DNA from: Patescibacteria group bacterium
GTDB lineage: Bacteria > Patescibacteriota > Microgenomatia > UBA1400 > CG1-02-47-37
Assembly (NCBI GenBank): GCA_038065055.1
Contig: JBBTRT010000001.1
Span: forward strand, 1 to 32,998
Direction of reading: 5' to 3'
DNA length: 32,998 bases
Shown here: in pieces, positions 15,924 to 24,522 of the stretch
Numbering within the stretch: the stretch's first letter is position 1
Layout of the letters: each line of letters begins with the position of its first letter
Notes under the pieces: generated by a model
The model's database searches: none
The model's input: only the letters and a program-made list of their open reading frames with translations
What the model was told of the DNA's origin: nothing
Position numbers and translations under genes: made by a program

Positions 15924-16918
15924 ACTAAGCCCTTAATTGCCAACCCGGTTACCACCGCCAATTGAGTATTATTAATTCCGTTCATCATCCCCGTAAAATT
16001 TTCATCTTTAATAAAATTCTCAAATGGATCGCCCAGCAATACTTCCAAATTTAATTTTTGCACCAAATACCCGCTTAGGCCCGGCAGCATTGCCCCGCCT
16101 CCGGTTAAAATCAACTGGTCCGGCACATGCCAGCCTTGCTGTTGTAAAAAAACAAATGACTTATTTATTTCTTTCACCATCTCATCAATTAAAGGCGTTA
16201 ATAATTTAGCCACTTTTCCCTCCAACTGGTCAGGCAACAAACCGTAGGTGCGCTTATATTGTTCTGCCTGATCTTCAGGTAATTGAAGTTCGGCAGTTAA
16301 AACCCGCGTCAAAGCCAGGCCGCCGGTCGGCATTGAATATAAAAATTGCGGCACGCCGTTATTTAAAATAATCATATCCGTCGTCTTGTAGCCAAAAAGC
16401 ATCAATAGTTGCAATTTTTTCGGTTGGCCGAATAATCTTTTTAAACTCAACAGTTCTGTTTCTACGCTCATTGGGATCAAGCCGGCTTCATCGATCAGAT
16501 TAGTCAAACTGGTTAATTTTTCCTTTGGCGTAGCAATCAGCAAAACCTTCATCGTTTTTTTATCCGCTAAAGCGTCTTCCAAGCCGCCAATAATCTGATA
16601 AGATAAATCGATCTCGCTTAAATCAGTCGGAATATATTGTTCCGCTTCAAATTGGATCGACGAGGCCAGCTCTGTCTCGGATAATTTAGGCGTTTCAATA
16701 ATCCGGCTATAAACATCGCTTTCTTTTAAGGCAATATTGGCTTCAGCGCTATTTTTTATCCCGGCTAGCTTGATCGCTTGTTTGACGGCTTCAACTAATT
16801 GGTTTGGCCCGTACTTTACCGCCGCGAAATGCAATAGTTTAAATTTACCTGATTCTTTGGCCGCTTGCATTACTTTGACTTGTGACAATCCTATATCTAA
16901 TCCAAAAAATATTCCCAT
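15920..16918 (-). CDS. pilM: Type IV pilus assembly protein PilM (actin-like)
   Basis: GLDIG...VK, I.FEAEQYIP, GG..LT, AE..K..YGL, LILTGGGA.L.GL, GLA. Confidence 0.9.
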   Translation of the reverse strand: MGIFFGLDIGLSQVKVMQAAKESGKFKLLHFAAVKYGPNQLVEAVKQAIKLAGIKNSAEANIALKESDVYSRIIETPKLSETELASSIQFEAEQYIPTDLSEIDLSYQIIGGLEDALADKKTMKVLLIATPKEKLTSLTNLIDEAGLIPMSVETELLSLKRLFGQPKKLQLLMLFGYKTTDMIILNNGVPQFLYSMPTGGLALTRVLTAELQLPEDQAEQYKRTYGLLPDQLEGKVAKLLTPLIDEMVKEINKSFVFLQQQGWHVPDQLILTGGGAMLPGLSGYLVQKLNLEVLLGDPFENFIKDENFTGMMNGINNTQLAVVTGLAIKGLV

Positions 16919-16943
16919 GGGCAGTTTAAATTAATTTTTATTT

Positions 16944-17717
16944 TCATTTAATTATACTCGTCCCGCTAAACAAAACATAGTCAAAAATACTGGGAGTAGC
17001 CGGTTCAGCCCGGCTCACCTCAATCGCCTTGCTTTCCAACGTGTCTGCTTGAGCCGAAGAATTAATCACGTATGTTTGCGCTGGCAATTCATTGGCCCCG
17101 GTTACCCTTATGGTCGCTTGGTTATAAAGCGGCCTGATTCTCAGCAACACATCGTCAGCCTGAACCGGGAAAGAATATTTTCTTGCAAAATCATCATCTC
17201 CCGTCGTAGTCACCAATAAAGCAATATTATTGTAACCAATTAAACCAGCACACGGATTTACCCCGATTCTTCTCAGTTGATAATTGCTCTTTATGATGGT
17301 AATCAGTAATGCCGCCCTGGTTTGCCCACTTGCCCCCACGCAAGTTCCCAGGTTCTCTACCGGGTTACCCGACTTAACCCAATTAATGGTTAAAGTGTTT
17401 ACCCCGCCTAAAATTACCTGAGCCGATTCATTTTCCGCCACCGTTGTTTCCAGGAAATTTTCCCCATTCACCTCAAAAGAAACATCTTGGTCCAACCCAT
17501 CAATCTGCAAAGTTTGCGGTACGCCAATCGCAATCGTACTGATATTTTTCAATGCCTCTTCTATCCCGGCCTCGGCGGCATTAAACGCCCGGGCCGATTC
17601 TTGTTCGTGCTCGGAAATTTTCACATCGGTTGTCGATTGAGCAATAATGGAAATTCCTAACCCCAAACTTACCGCCACCACTAATAAAATAATCAATACT
17701 GCTTGGCCCTGCCTCAT
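16944..17717 (-). CDS. PilX-like minor pilin
   Basis: GQ-AVLIILLVV hydrophobic N-terminus without Glu5; AFNAAEAGIE motif. Confidence 0.8.
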   Translation of the reverse strand: MRQGQAVLIILLVVAVSLGLGISIIAQSTTDVKISEHEQESARAFNAAEAGIEEALKNISTIAIGVPQTLQIDGLDQDVSFEVNGENFLETTVAENESAQVILGGVNTLTINWVKSGNPVENLGTCVGASGQTRAALLITIIKSNYQLRRIGVNPCAGLIGYNNIALLVTTTGDDDFARKYSFPVQADDVLLRIRPLYNQATIRVTGANELPAQTYVINSSAQADTLESKAIEVSRAEPATPSIFDYVLFSGTSIIK

Positions 17718-17736
17718 AAGAAAATTCTATACTATA

Positions 17737-18210
17737 TTAATCGTTACGTAAAGATACTGAAGTCGCAAAATCCTGGGTAAATTTTTCCTGCACTTGCACT
17801 CCGGACATTGCCGCCAAAGTAAACCCCAAAGTGACTGTTGTTTGGCCAGTTTCATTCACATAACACGTAAACGCTAAATTGGACACTGTTCCTCTTGTAC
17901 CGGTTAAAAATTGGCTGCTGTTTGAAGCAATTTTATATACTGATTCATTTAAAACGCGGCTAAAAATAATTGTCCCGCCGTCATTATTTTCCACGGTTAT
18001 TTGGCCGGAGCCGCACGCCGCGCTTTTTCCCTGCCTGATCGTTCGGGCCATATTCATCAAGGCATAATCACCTTCCTGATGCAGCACCTGAGTTAGTTGG
18101 GCCTTATTACTGCCCCGCAGGGTTGCCAGCAACAGTCCCATCAAAGTCACTGAAAATAAAGCAAAAATTACCACCACTACCATTAATTCAATCAAGGTAA
18201 AACCCTTCAT
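17737..18210 (-). CDS. Prepilin-type minor pilin (PilW/PulJ-like)
   Basis: MKG/FTLIELMVVVVIF class III signal; ATG 18210 overlaps the upstream stop. Confidence 0.85.
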   Translation of the reverse strand: MKGFTLIELMVVVVIFALFSVTLMGLLLATLRGSNKAQLTQVLHQEGDYALMNMARTIRQGKSAACGSGQITVENNDGGTIIFSRVLNESVYKIASNSSQFLTGTRGTVSNLAFTCYVNETGQTTVTLGFTLAAMSGVQVQEKFTQDFATSVSLRND

Positions 18211-18656
18211 ATTTCCCATAAAGATAAGTTGGTTGACTGGACTACCTGTTTCAATTGGCTGCCTTCCTGCCAATACACCGTCACCTCCACGCTCACATTC
18301 CCGGCCTCAATTGTGCTTAATTTAACACAGCGGCTGAAAAAATTACTGGCATCAAAATAACTGGTTTGACTGCAGCCTGTTTGGGTCAAGCCAGTTTCTA
18401 CTGTCCAATTATCCAATAAAACGTAACTTTGCCCATTCGCCTTGGCATAAAAACCATTCCAATTAAAATCCCGGTAAGCTCTCATTAACTCAACCCCTTC
18501 CTGAACCAATCCCACCGCCTGGGTCCGGCTCTGCGCCAGCCGGGTATTTTTTATCGATAAACTGGTCACCGATAATAACGCCACCATCAATAAACTCATC
18601 ATCCCCACCGCCACTACCATCTCCACTAAAGATTGTCCGCTGTTAAGTTTTTTCAT
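18207..18656 (-). CDS. Minor pilin (PilV-like)
   Basis: SG/QSLVEMVVAV; A..L.QEG.E..R; V.V.V.W. Confidence 0.8.
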   Translation of the reverse strand: MKKLNSGQSLVEMVVAVGMMSLLMVALLSVTSLSIKNTRLAQSRTQAVGLVQEGVELMRAYRDFNWNGFYAKANGQSYVLLDNWTVETGLTQTGCSQTSYFDASNFFSRCVKLSTIEAGNVSVEVTVYWQEGSQLKQVVQSTNLSLWEI

Positions 18657-19117
18657 TATTGTAAACCGCCTTTAATTACCCCATTGGCTTCAATTATAAC
18701 TTCATAAATATTCACCGAACCAGTGGCGGTAATCTCCACTGTTTGCGCTCCTGTTACCGCGCTGTTTAAAGTCGCAAAAAATAAATCAAAATTAGCGGTA
18801 TTAAATATCGTCCCTTCAGGCAAAGCGATTATCTGCTCATCTCCGTCAACTGTACCGCACTGCGCCTGAAACGCATAATTGCTCGCATCGATTCTTCTCA
18901 CTCTTATTCCCTCAAACCCACCCAAACATTCCGTCGGTTTCTCTCCAGACATTGCCTTTCTTTGAAACAGCTTTAAATTAGTTTGAAACTCTGATCCTGC
19001 CTGTTTAATCTGATATTTATCCGCAAACCCCCTGTAAGCCGCAATCCCGCCGCTCATAACTACCGCGCTGATTGCTACCACCACCATTAACTCAATTAAA
19101 GTAAACCCCCGCCTCAT
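18656..19117 (-). CDS. Minor pilin (FimT/GspH-like)
   Basis: RRG/FTLIELMVVVAI; two Cys. Confidence 0.82.
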   Translation of the reverse strand: MRRGFTLIELMVVVAISAVVMSGGIAAYRGFADKYQIKQAGSEFQTNLKLFQRKAMSGEKPTECLGGFEGIRVRRIDASNYAFQAQCGTVDGDEQIIALPEGTIFNTANFDLFFATLNSAVTGAQTVEITATGSVNIYEVIIEANGVIKGGLQ

Positions 19118-19518
19118 AGGGGATTAGAAATCTTATAGTTACACGCCGTGCCGCAACCGCTACACCCAGCGGGGACTCCGGCACTACTTAATTCCAAGCT
19201 AGCGCACAAAATATATGATGCCCCAGTCGTACTGAGATACTTATAATCTCTTCCTGTTACCGGATCATCCGGAATATCCCCCATATACGTTGGCTCAATT
19301 TCACTTACAAAATTACCAGTCGTTGGATATATCCTTTCATCCGCCCGGTAAATTTCTAACGCCGCTCTTATCTGCTCTAAATCACCCTGCCGTTTGCCGT
19401 CCCTGGCTTTTTTATTCGCCACCATAAAATTAGTCACTCCCATCACCGTTAATAACGCAATAATGGATACCGCCACTAAAATTTCAATTAAGGTAAAACC
19501 CTGCTTATTTCTTTTCAT
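19114..19518 (-). CDS. GspG-like pilin
   Basis: QG/FTLIEILVAV; KARD.KR..DL..I..ALE.Y..D...YP; P.DP; Y.LCA.LE. Confidence 0.85.
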   Translation of the reverse strand: MKRNKQGFTLIEILVAVSIIALLTVMGVTNFMVANKKARDGKRQGDLEQIRAALEIYRADERIYPTTGNFVSEIEPTYMGDIPDDPVTGRDYKYLSTTGASYILCASLELSSAGVPAGCSGCGTACNYKISNPL

Positions 19519-19526
19519 TTTTCCTC

Positions 19527-19982
19527 CTATTGTTGGCTGTTAACACACTGATAATTGCTCGTTGCTCCGTTTAAATAAGTACAGCTGCCACCGCTTCCCA
19601 GCACCGCCGCATTACCCGAACCGGTTTTCTCCAGTAAAAAACACAAACAATAGCTCAACCGGTTGGCCGCCACTGAATATTTTCCGGTATAAGTATAAGT
19701 CCCGGAGTTCTTCGGGTCATAAGGCACTAAATTAATTACCGTCTGGCTGGTCCCGCACGTTAGTGCGCTTCCCGGCGTCACCGCGGCCGGATATTGTCCA
19801 TCAAGCGTATAACACTGTTCTAACGCTTGTTGGATCGAACGCGCGTCTCCCTTTCGCTTCACATCCCGCCCCCGCTTTTGCGCGGTCATATAACCGGCTA
19901 CCGAAACCACCGTTAAAATAGCAATAATCGATATTGCCACTAATAGTTCGATTAAAGTAAAGCCTTTTTTTAAATTAACCAT
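19527..19982 (-). CDS. GspG-like pilin
   Basis: KKG/FTLIELLVAI; RGRD.KR..D...IQ.ALE; VPYDP; YCLC..LE. ATG 19982 preferred. Confidence 0.85.
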   Translation of the reverse strand: MVNLKKGFTLIELLVAISIIAILTVVSVAGYMTAQKRGRDVKRKGDARSIQQALEQCYTLDGQYPAAVTPGSALTCGTSQTVINLVPYDPKNSGTYTYTGKYSVAANRLSYCLCFLLEKTGSGNAAVLGSGGSCTYLNGATSNYQCVNSQQ

Positions 19983-20755
19983 TGAATATACCATTGCCAC
20001 ATAGTCCATCCCCACAGTTTTGCTATTAACATGCCTAATAACAAAAATGGCCCAAAAGCAATTTTATCTTTTAACTTTTTTTTACTTAACATTATTAGTA
20101 TCACACCCGCGCTTGCCCCTGTCAAGAAAGCCAAAAAAAAGGCCACCAATATCTGCGGCCAGCCTAAAACTAAACCCATCACGACCCCTAAATAAATATC
20201 CCCGTCGCCCATTTTCCCCTTGGAAATAGTTTTCAGGCTCCATAAAAACAAACCTGACAATAAACCGATTAATAAATACTCCCATTGGTGGGTAATTAAT
20301 AATCTGCCGCCGGCCGCCAACGCCATCACCCCCAGCACCTTATCCGGAATTAGCATGTATTTAAAATCAAACACCGCGATGACTAGCGAACCGGCAAATA
20401 AAATCAGCCAATAAATCAGCAAACCAAAACTATAAAATCCCTCCAATTGGCCGAAAAAATTAAAATTAACTTTTAACAGCCAATAAACCCAAACAAATTG
20501 TAACCCCGTTAACAATTCTACTAGGGGATAGTCGATTAATATTTTTTTATGGCAGCACCGGCTTTTCCCTCCCAAGAATAAATAGGAGAGTAGGGGAATG
20601 TTGTCATACCAACCAATCGTTTTTTTACAATGGTCGCAATAAGACCGCCCCCGCATGGCCGAATCATTATTTATCAACCTATAAATTACCACGTTTAAAA
20701 AACTCCCCGCGCAAATTCCCAATAAAAATAACACCCAAAAATCCATATTCCTCAT
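19970..20755 (-). CDS. pilD: Prepilin peptidase (A24)
   Basis: GSFLNVVIYR, RSYCDHC, WYDNIPLLSYL, YPLVE, D.KY.LIPD, MGDGD, IAFGPFL. Confidence 0.94.
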   Translation of the reverse strand: MRNMDFWVLFLLGICAGSFLNVVIYRLINNDSAMRGRSYCDHCKKTIGWYDNIPLLSYLFLGGKSRCCHKKILIDYPLVELLTGLQFVWVYWLLKVNFNFFGQLEGFYSFGLLIYWLILFAGSLVIAVFDFKYMLIPDKVLGVMALAAGGRLLITHQWEYLLIGLLSGLFLWSLKTISKGKMGDGDIYLGVVMGLVLGWPQILVAFFLAFLTGASAGVILIMLSKKKLKDKIAFGPFLLLGMLIAKLWGWTMWQWYIQWLI

Positions 20756-20770
20756 AATATCACAATCACT

Positions 20771-20795
20771 TTAGTACCGTTCCGGAACGGTACTA
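20771..20795. repeat. REP-like 24-bp perfect palindrome TAGTACCGTTCCGGAACGGTACTA
   Basis: 20772-20795 is self-complementary and abuts the transposase stop codon. Confidence 0.9.
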
Positions 20796-21469
20796 TCACT
20801 CAATATCTATTAACTGTTGCTTAATTATTTGCAACTCTCGCTGATAATCAGCATTATCTAAAACAAAATCTAAATATTTCTGTTTATTTTTAAATTGATT
20901 CAAAATAATTTCCGGAAAGACAACTTCTCCCCCTCCTTCATTAATAAATTCTCCTAATGATGAAAATAGGTAATTCACTATTTCTTTTTTGTAATCATCC
21001 CGGCAGAATATGGATTTAAATGAATATATCTGGATAAATGTAATAATTGTTCATTTGAATTAACCGCAACTGTTTTAAATCTGCCTTCAAATACCGGCCC
21101 AATCCCTCTATATTTTAAGTTAAAAAAATGAGCATAAGCATTCGTCAATTTTGTCATCATTTGAATAATCCCATTATCAGTTAATTGCTGTAATAACAAG
21201 TGAAAATGATTTGGCATAACACAATAAGCAATTACCTTAACTATAAAACCAGAATTTTCTTTTACTGATTCAATAATTTCTAACTGCCTCTTGCTCGTTT
21301 GTCTACTCCAATACGAATATTTACATCCTACTTTTAATTGACAAAACTTAATCAGTTGAATAAATCTTATTTTATCTCTTTCTCGGCTAAATATAATTTT
21401 TTTATTAAAACTTCTATTATATGTATGGTAATACTCTTCGTTATTAAAAATTTCCCTTCTAATTGGCAT
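20796..21469 (-). CDS. RAYT/Y1 transposase split in two frames (-1 frameshift at A_AAA_AAG, or pseudogene); 224 aa if joined
   Basis: YHTYNR, YCVMPNHFHLLL (HUH), GPVFEGRFK, SRYIHLNP (catalytic Tyr). After a -1 shift the frame continues KEIVNYLFSSLGEF, resembling the usual Y.WSS..EY segment. Confidence 0.85.
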
Positions 21470-21485
21470 TACTTATCATAATATC

Positions 21486-21505
21486 TTAGTACCGTTCCGG
21501 AACGG
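21486..21505. repeat. Second REP-like copy TTAGTACCGTTCCGGAACGG
   Basis: Identical to 20771-20790; the palindrome's outer arm is absent. Confidence 0.9.
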
Positions 21506-21533
21506 AATGTATCTCAAATACATAACTTTCCTC

Positions 21534-21562
21534 AAAAAAAAGGCCCCGGTTAAGGGGCCTTT
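21534..21562 (-). terminator. Intrinsic terminator after the major pilin
   Basis: Minus strand AAAGGCCCC-TTAACC-GGGGCC followed by T8, 24 nt after the pilin stop. Confidence 0.88.
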
Positions 21563-21586
21563 AGGTTATCGCTTTTAAATTTTATT

Positions 21587-22237
21587 TTATTCTTCCGGAA
21601 TACAGACAAAACAAGCGTCAGTTATATCAGACCAATCAATTGTCGCCGGATCTCCTGTGCACGCCGTTATTGATACCGGTACTCCACCAGCAGCTGCAAT
21701 ACTTAAATCTTTCAACGGCGTATTTGGATCATCAGCTTTATCTCTGGTTGCCTTGGAAGCCGGAATAAAACAAATGCTCACTGATGGTTCGTTGACCGCT
21801 TTATATACATAAAGCTTATCCCCATCTAAAGCTGTTGACTTAAAATACGGCCGTTTGCCAAACTGAGTTTTAAGCTCTTGCGTATTAACCAAATACCCGC
21901 TTCCGGTACAACCACCGGTATCTGAATTAGTCGCCTCTGCGTCAGCCACCACCCCGGCCTCGCCGCACACGCCCACTCCCACCATATCTGCTGTTCCGGC
22001 AAAAGCCACATCCACACTATCATCGTGGGTCAGATAATTATTCCAGGGAAATTTCTCATTAGACGCAAAATAACGGTCCAGGGCCGATAATAATTGCGAT
22101 GCGTCCGCCCGTTTGCTGGCATCCCGGCCTTTATTGATCTGCTCGATCGGGTTTAACGCCGATAAAACCGATACTGCCAAAATCCCGATTAAAGTTATCA
22201 CTACTAACAGCTCGATTAATGTAAACCCTTTTTTCAT
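21587..22237 (-). CDS. Type IV pilin, probably the major pilin
   Basis: KKG/FTLIELLVVI..IGILA; NP.EQINKGRD; strong SD AGGAGG (22243-22248) and its own terminator suggest high expression. Confidence 0.87.
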   Translation of the reverse strand: MKKGFTLIELLVVITLIGILAVSVLSALNPIEQINKGRDASKRADASQLLSALDRYFASNEKFPWNNYLTHDDSVDVAFAGTADMVGVGVCGEAGVVADAEATNSDTGGCTGSGYLVNTQELKTQFGKRPYFKSTALDGDKLYVYKAVNEPSVSICFIPASKATRDKADDPNTPLKDLSIAAAGGVPVSITACTGDPATIDWSDITDACFVCIPEE

Positions 22238-22247
22238 GACTGCCTCC

Positions 22248-23453
22248 TTAAAATTGGCTGGTTAGGTTGTAAATGGGCAGGATAATGGCAATAACTAAAA
22301 AGGCCACTCCTACACCTAATAAAATCATCATAAGAGGCTCGATTGCCGTTGTCAAGCCTTTGATTGCCTGCTCTGATTCGGTTTCAAAATACTTCGACAC
22401 GTTAAACATAACTTCGTCCACTTTACCGGTTTCTTCGCCCACCGCCAGCATCTGCCCCACCAGGGGAGGGAAGTGTTCATACTTGCCGATTGCCGCCGCT
22501 AAAGGAATCCCTCTTTCCACGTCTTTGGCCGCGGTTTTTATCGACTGGGAAAAAAGGTCATTGTCTGCCGCTCCGGCCACAATCTCTAACGCCTCAATAA
22601 TCGGAATCCCTGATTCCACCAATAAAGCCAAAGTCCGGGTGATTTCCGTCAAAATCACTTTAGTTTTTAATGGTCCAATAATCGGCAGTTTTAAAATATA
22701 GGTATCATAAATAGTTTTACCTTTGGCCGTCTTTCTCCATTTACTAAAAGAATAACCGCCAAACACCGCCACCACAATCAGTAAATACCAGGACTTCACC
22801 ATAAAATTAGATATTCCGATTAAAATCTTGGTCATCGCCGGCAATTGAGCGCCAAACTCATCATAAAGGGTAGTTAGCTTAGGAATCACAAAAATCATCA
22901 TCACCGCCGCCACCGCGATCATCGCTAAGGTAATAATTACCGGGTAAATTAACGCGCTCTTCGTTTTGGCTCGAAACTCCGCCTGTTTTTCTAAATTATC
23001 CGACAGCCTCATCAGTACCTTTTCTAAAACCCCGGCAGCTTCCCCAGTCTGAATTAATGCCAAATAAACTTGATTAAATACTCCTTTAAACTCATTTAGC
23101 GCTTTAAATAACGACCCGCCGCCCTCAACTTGGCGCAAAACTTCCTCTATCATTTTAGCCATCGCCAAATTTGACTGATAGCGTAAAAGCGATAAAGCTG
23201 TCGTTAACGGCAGCCCGGCATTGATCATCGTCGCTAATTGCCGGGTAAAATGGACCACATCATCGCTTTTCACCCTTTGCCAACTTTTCAGCCACTTCAC
23301 CCAATTAGGCGCCACGTCAATTTTTTCCAAGCCAATAATAAACAACCCTTTGCTTCTTAAAATGCTTTGCGCCTGAATTTGGCTATTTGCTTCCACCTCG
23401 CCTCTCATTTTGCGGTTTTTCTTGTCTACGGCAATGTAATGAAATCTTTCCAT
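22248..23453 (-). CDS. pilC: Type IV pilus platform protein PilC (GspF family)
   Basis: FTRQLATMINAGLP, GEAAG.L, SALIYP, GEETG, IEP, ILPIY. Confidence 0.94.
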   Translation of the reverse strand: MERFHYIAVDKKNRKMRGEVEANSQIQAQSILRSKGLFIIGLEKIDVAPNWVKWLKSWQRVKSDDVVHFTRQLATMINAGLPLTTALSLLRYQSNLAMAKMIEEVLRQVEGGGSLFKALNEFKGVFNQVYLALIQTGEAAGVLEKVLMRLSDNLEKQAEFRAKTKSALIYPVIITLAMIAVAAVMMIFVIPKLTTLYDEFGAQLPAMTKILIGISNFMVKSWYLLIVVAVFGGYSFSKWRKTAKGKTIYDTYILKLPIIGPLKTKVILTEITRTLALLVESGIPIIEALEIVAGAADNDLFSQSIKTAAKDVERGIPLAAAIGKYEHFPPLVGQMLAVGEETGKVDEVMFNVSKYFETESEQAIKGLTTAIEPLMMILLGVGVAFLVIAIILPIYNLTSQF

Positions 23454-23458
23454 AACTT

Positions 23459-24520
23459 TTATTTTCTTTTAATCAATCTGGATAATTCTTGCGGATTTAA
23501 GGCTTGTGCTTTGGCAATTTGGGCTTCAATCCGGCCGCTATTAACCAACCGCGCCAAATCCATTTCCAATGACTGCATTCCCAGCTCAAATGACGTCTGA
23601 ATCACATTATTGATTAAATGGGATTTACCTTCCCGAATACTGGTTTTTATGGCCGCCGAACCCAACATAATTTCCAGCGCCGGCACCCGGCCACCGCCGA
23701 TCGCCGGCATCAATCTTTGCGCCAAAACCGCTGTAATTACATCGGCCAACTGGGTCCTGATTTGACCTTGCTGATGTTCCGGAAATACATCCACAATCCG
23801 GTCAATTGTCTGCGCCGCGCTATTGGTATGCAAAGTCGCCAGCACTAAGTGGCCTGTTTCCGCCACTGTTAACGCCGCCGCCATCGTTTCATAGTCCCGC
23901 ATTTCTCCCACCAGCACCACATTCGGATCTTCTCTTAGCACCGACCTCAAGGCCACCGTCCAGGAATGCGTGTCGCCGTGCATTTCCCGCTGGGACACAA
24001 TTGATAGTTTAGGCTTATAAACGTACTCGATTGGATCTTCGATCGTCACAATGTGCTCTGCCCTGGTTTCATTAATTTGGTTAATCATGGCCGCCAAGGA
24101 TGACGATTTACCGCTGCCGGTCGGACCGGTCACTAAAATCAAGCCTTGTTTTACTTCAGTCAACTGATAGCAAATTTTAGGCAAACCCAATTCTTCCAAA
24201 GTCATAATATTTTCTCCAATCAATCTGAGCGCCGCCGCCATCGACCCTTTTTGAAAATATGTGTTTACCCGAAACCGCCCCATGTTGCCAAACTCCACCG
24301 AAAAATCCAACTCCTTATTCACCAAATATTGATCCTTTTGCTCCGGGTTCAGCATGGGGAAAACTAAACCTTTAGCTGTTTCCGGCGTTAAGGCCGCCTC
24401 GCCTTCAGCCGCTTTTAAATAACCATCGATTCTTAACGTCGGCGGCATCCCAACAATCAGATGCAAATCAGATGCTTTTTTATCCACCACTAACTTTAAC
24501 AAGGATTTTATATCCATCAT
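23459..24520 (-). CDS. pilT: Type IV pilus retraction ATPase PilT
   Basis: ASDLHL, RFRVN, GPTGSGKS, TIEDPIEY, LREDP.V.LVGEMRD, AETGHLVLATLHT, RIVDVFP, IREGK. Confidence 0.95.
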   Translation of the reverse strand: MMDIKSLLKLVVDKKASDLHLIVGMPPTLRIDGYLKAAEGEAALTPETAKGLVFPMLNPEQKDQYLVNKELDFSVEFGNMGRFRVNTYFQKGSMAAALRLIGENIMTLEELGLPKICYQLTEVKQGLILVTGPTGSGKSSSLAAMINQINETRAEHIVTIEDPIEYVYKPKLSIVSQREMHGDTHSWTVALRSVLREDPNVVLVGEMRDYETMAAALTVAETGHLVLATLHTNSAAQTIDRIVDVFPEHQQGQIRTQLADVITAVLAQRLMPAIGGGRVPALEIMLGSAAIKTSIREGKSHLINNVIQTSFELGMQSLEMDLARLVNSGRIEAQIAKAQALNPQELSRLIKRK

Positions 24521-24522
24521 AT

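Larger units (their letters stand above)
20771..21505 (-). mobile_element. RAYT (REP-associated, IS200/IS605-superfamily Y1 transposase) module bounded by two REP-like palindromes
   Basis: AT-rich transposase gene flanked by identical 20-nt TTAGTACCGTTCCGGAACGG at 20771-20790 and 21486-21505. Confidence 0.85.

Noticed and set aside
18211-18273. Longer N-termini for pilins (starts 18273 and 20015)
   Set aside because: Class III signal peptides are short; ATG 18210 and ATG 19982 give typical leaders and smaller overlaps.
20771-21505. CRISPR array or IS with terminal inverted repeats and target duplication
   Set aside because: Only two repeat copies flank a Y1/HUH gene; there are no spacers, cas genes or DDE motif.
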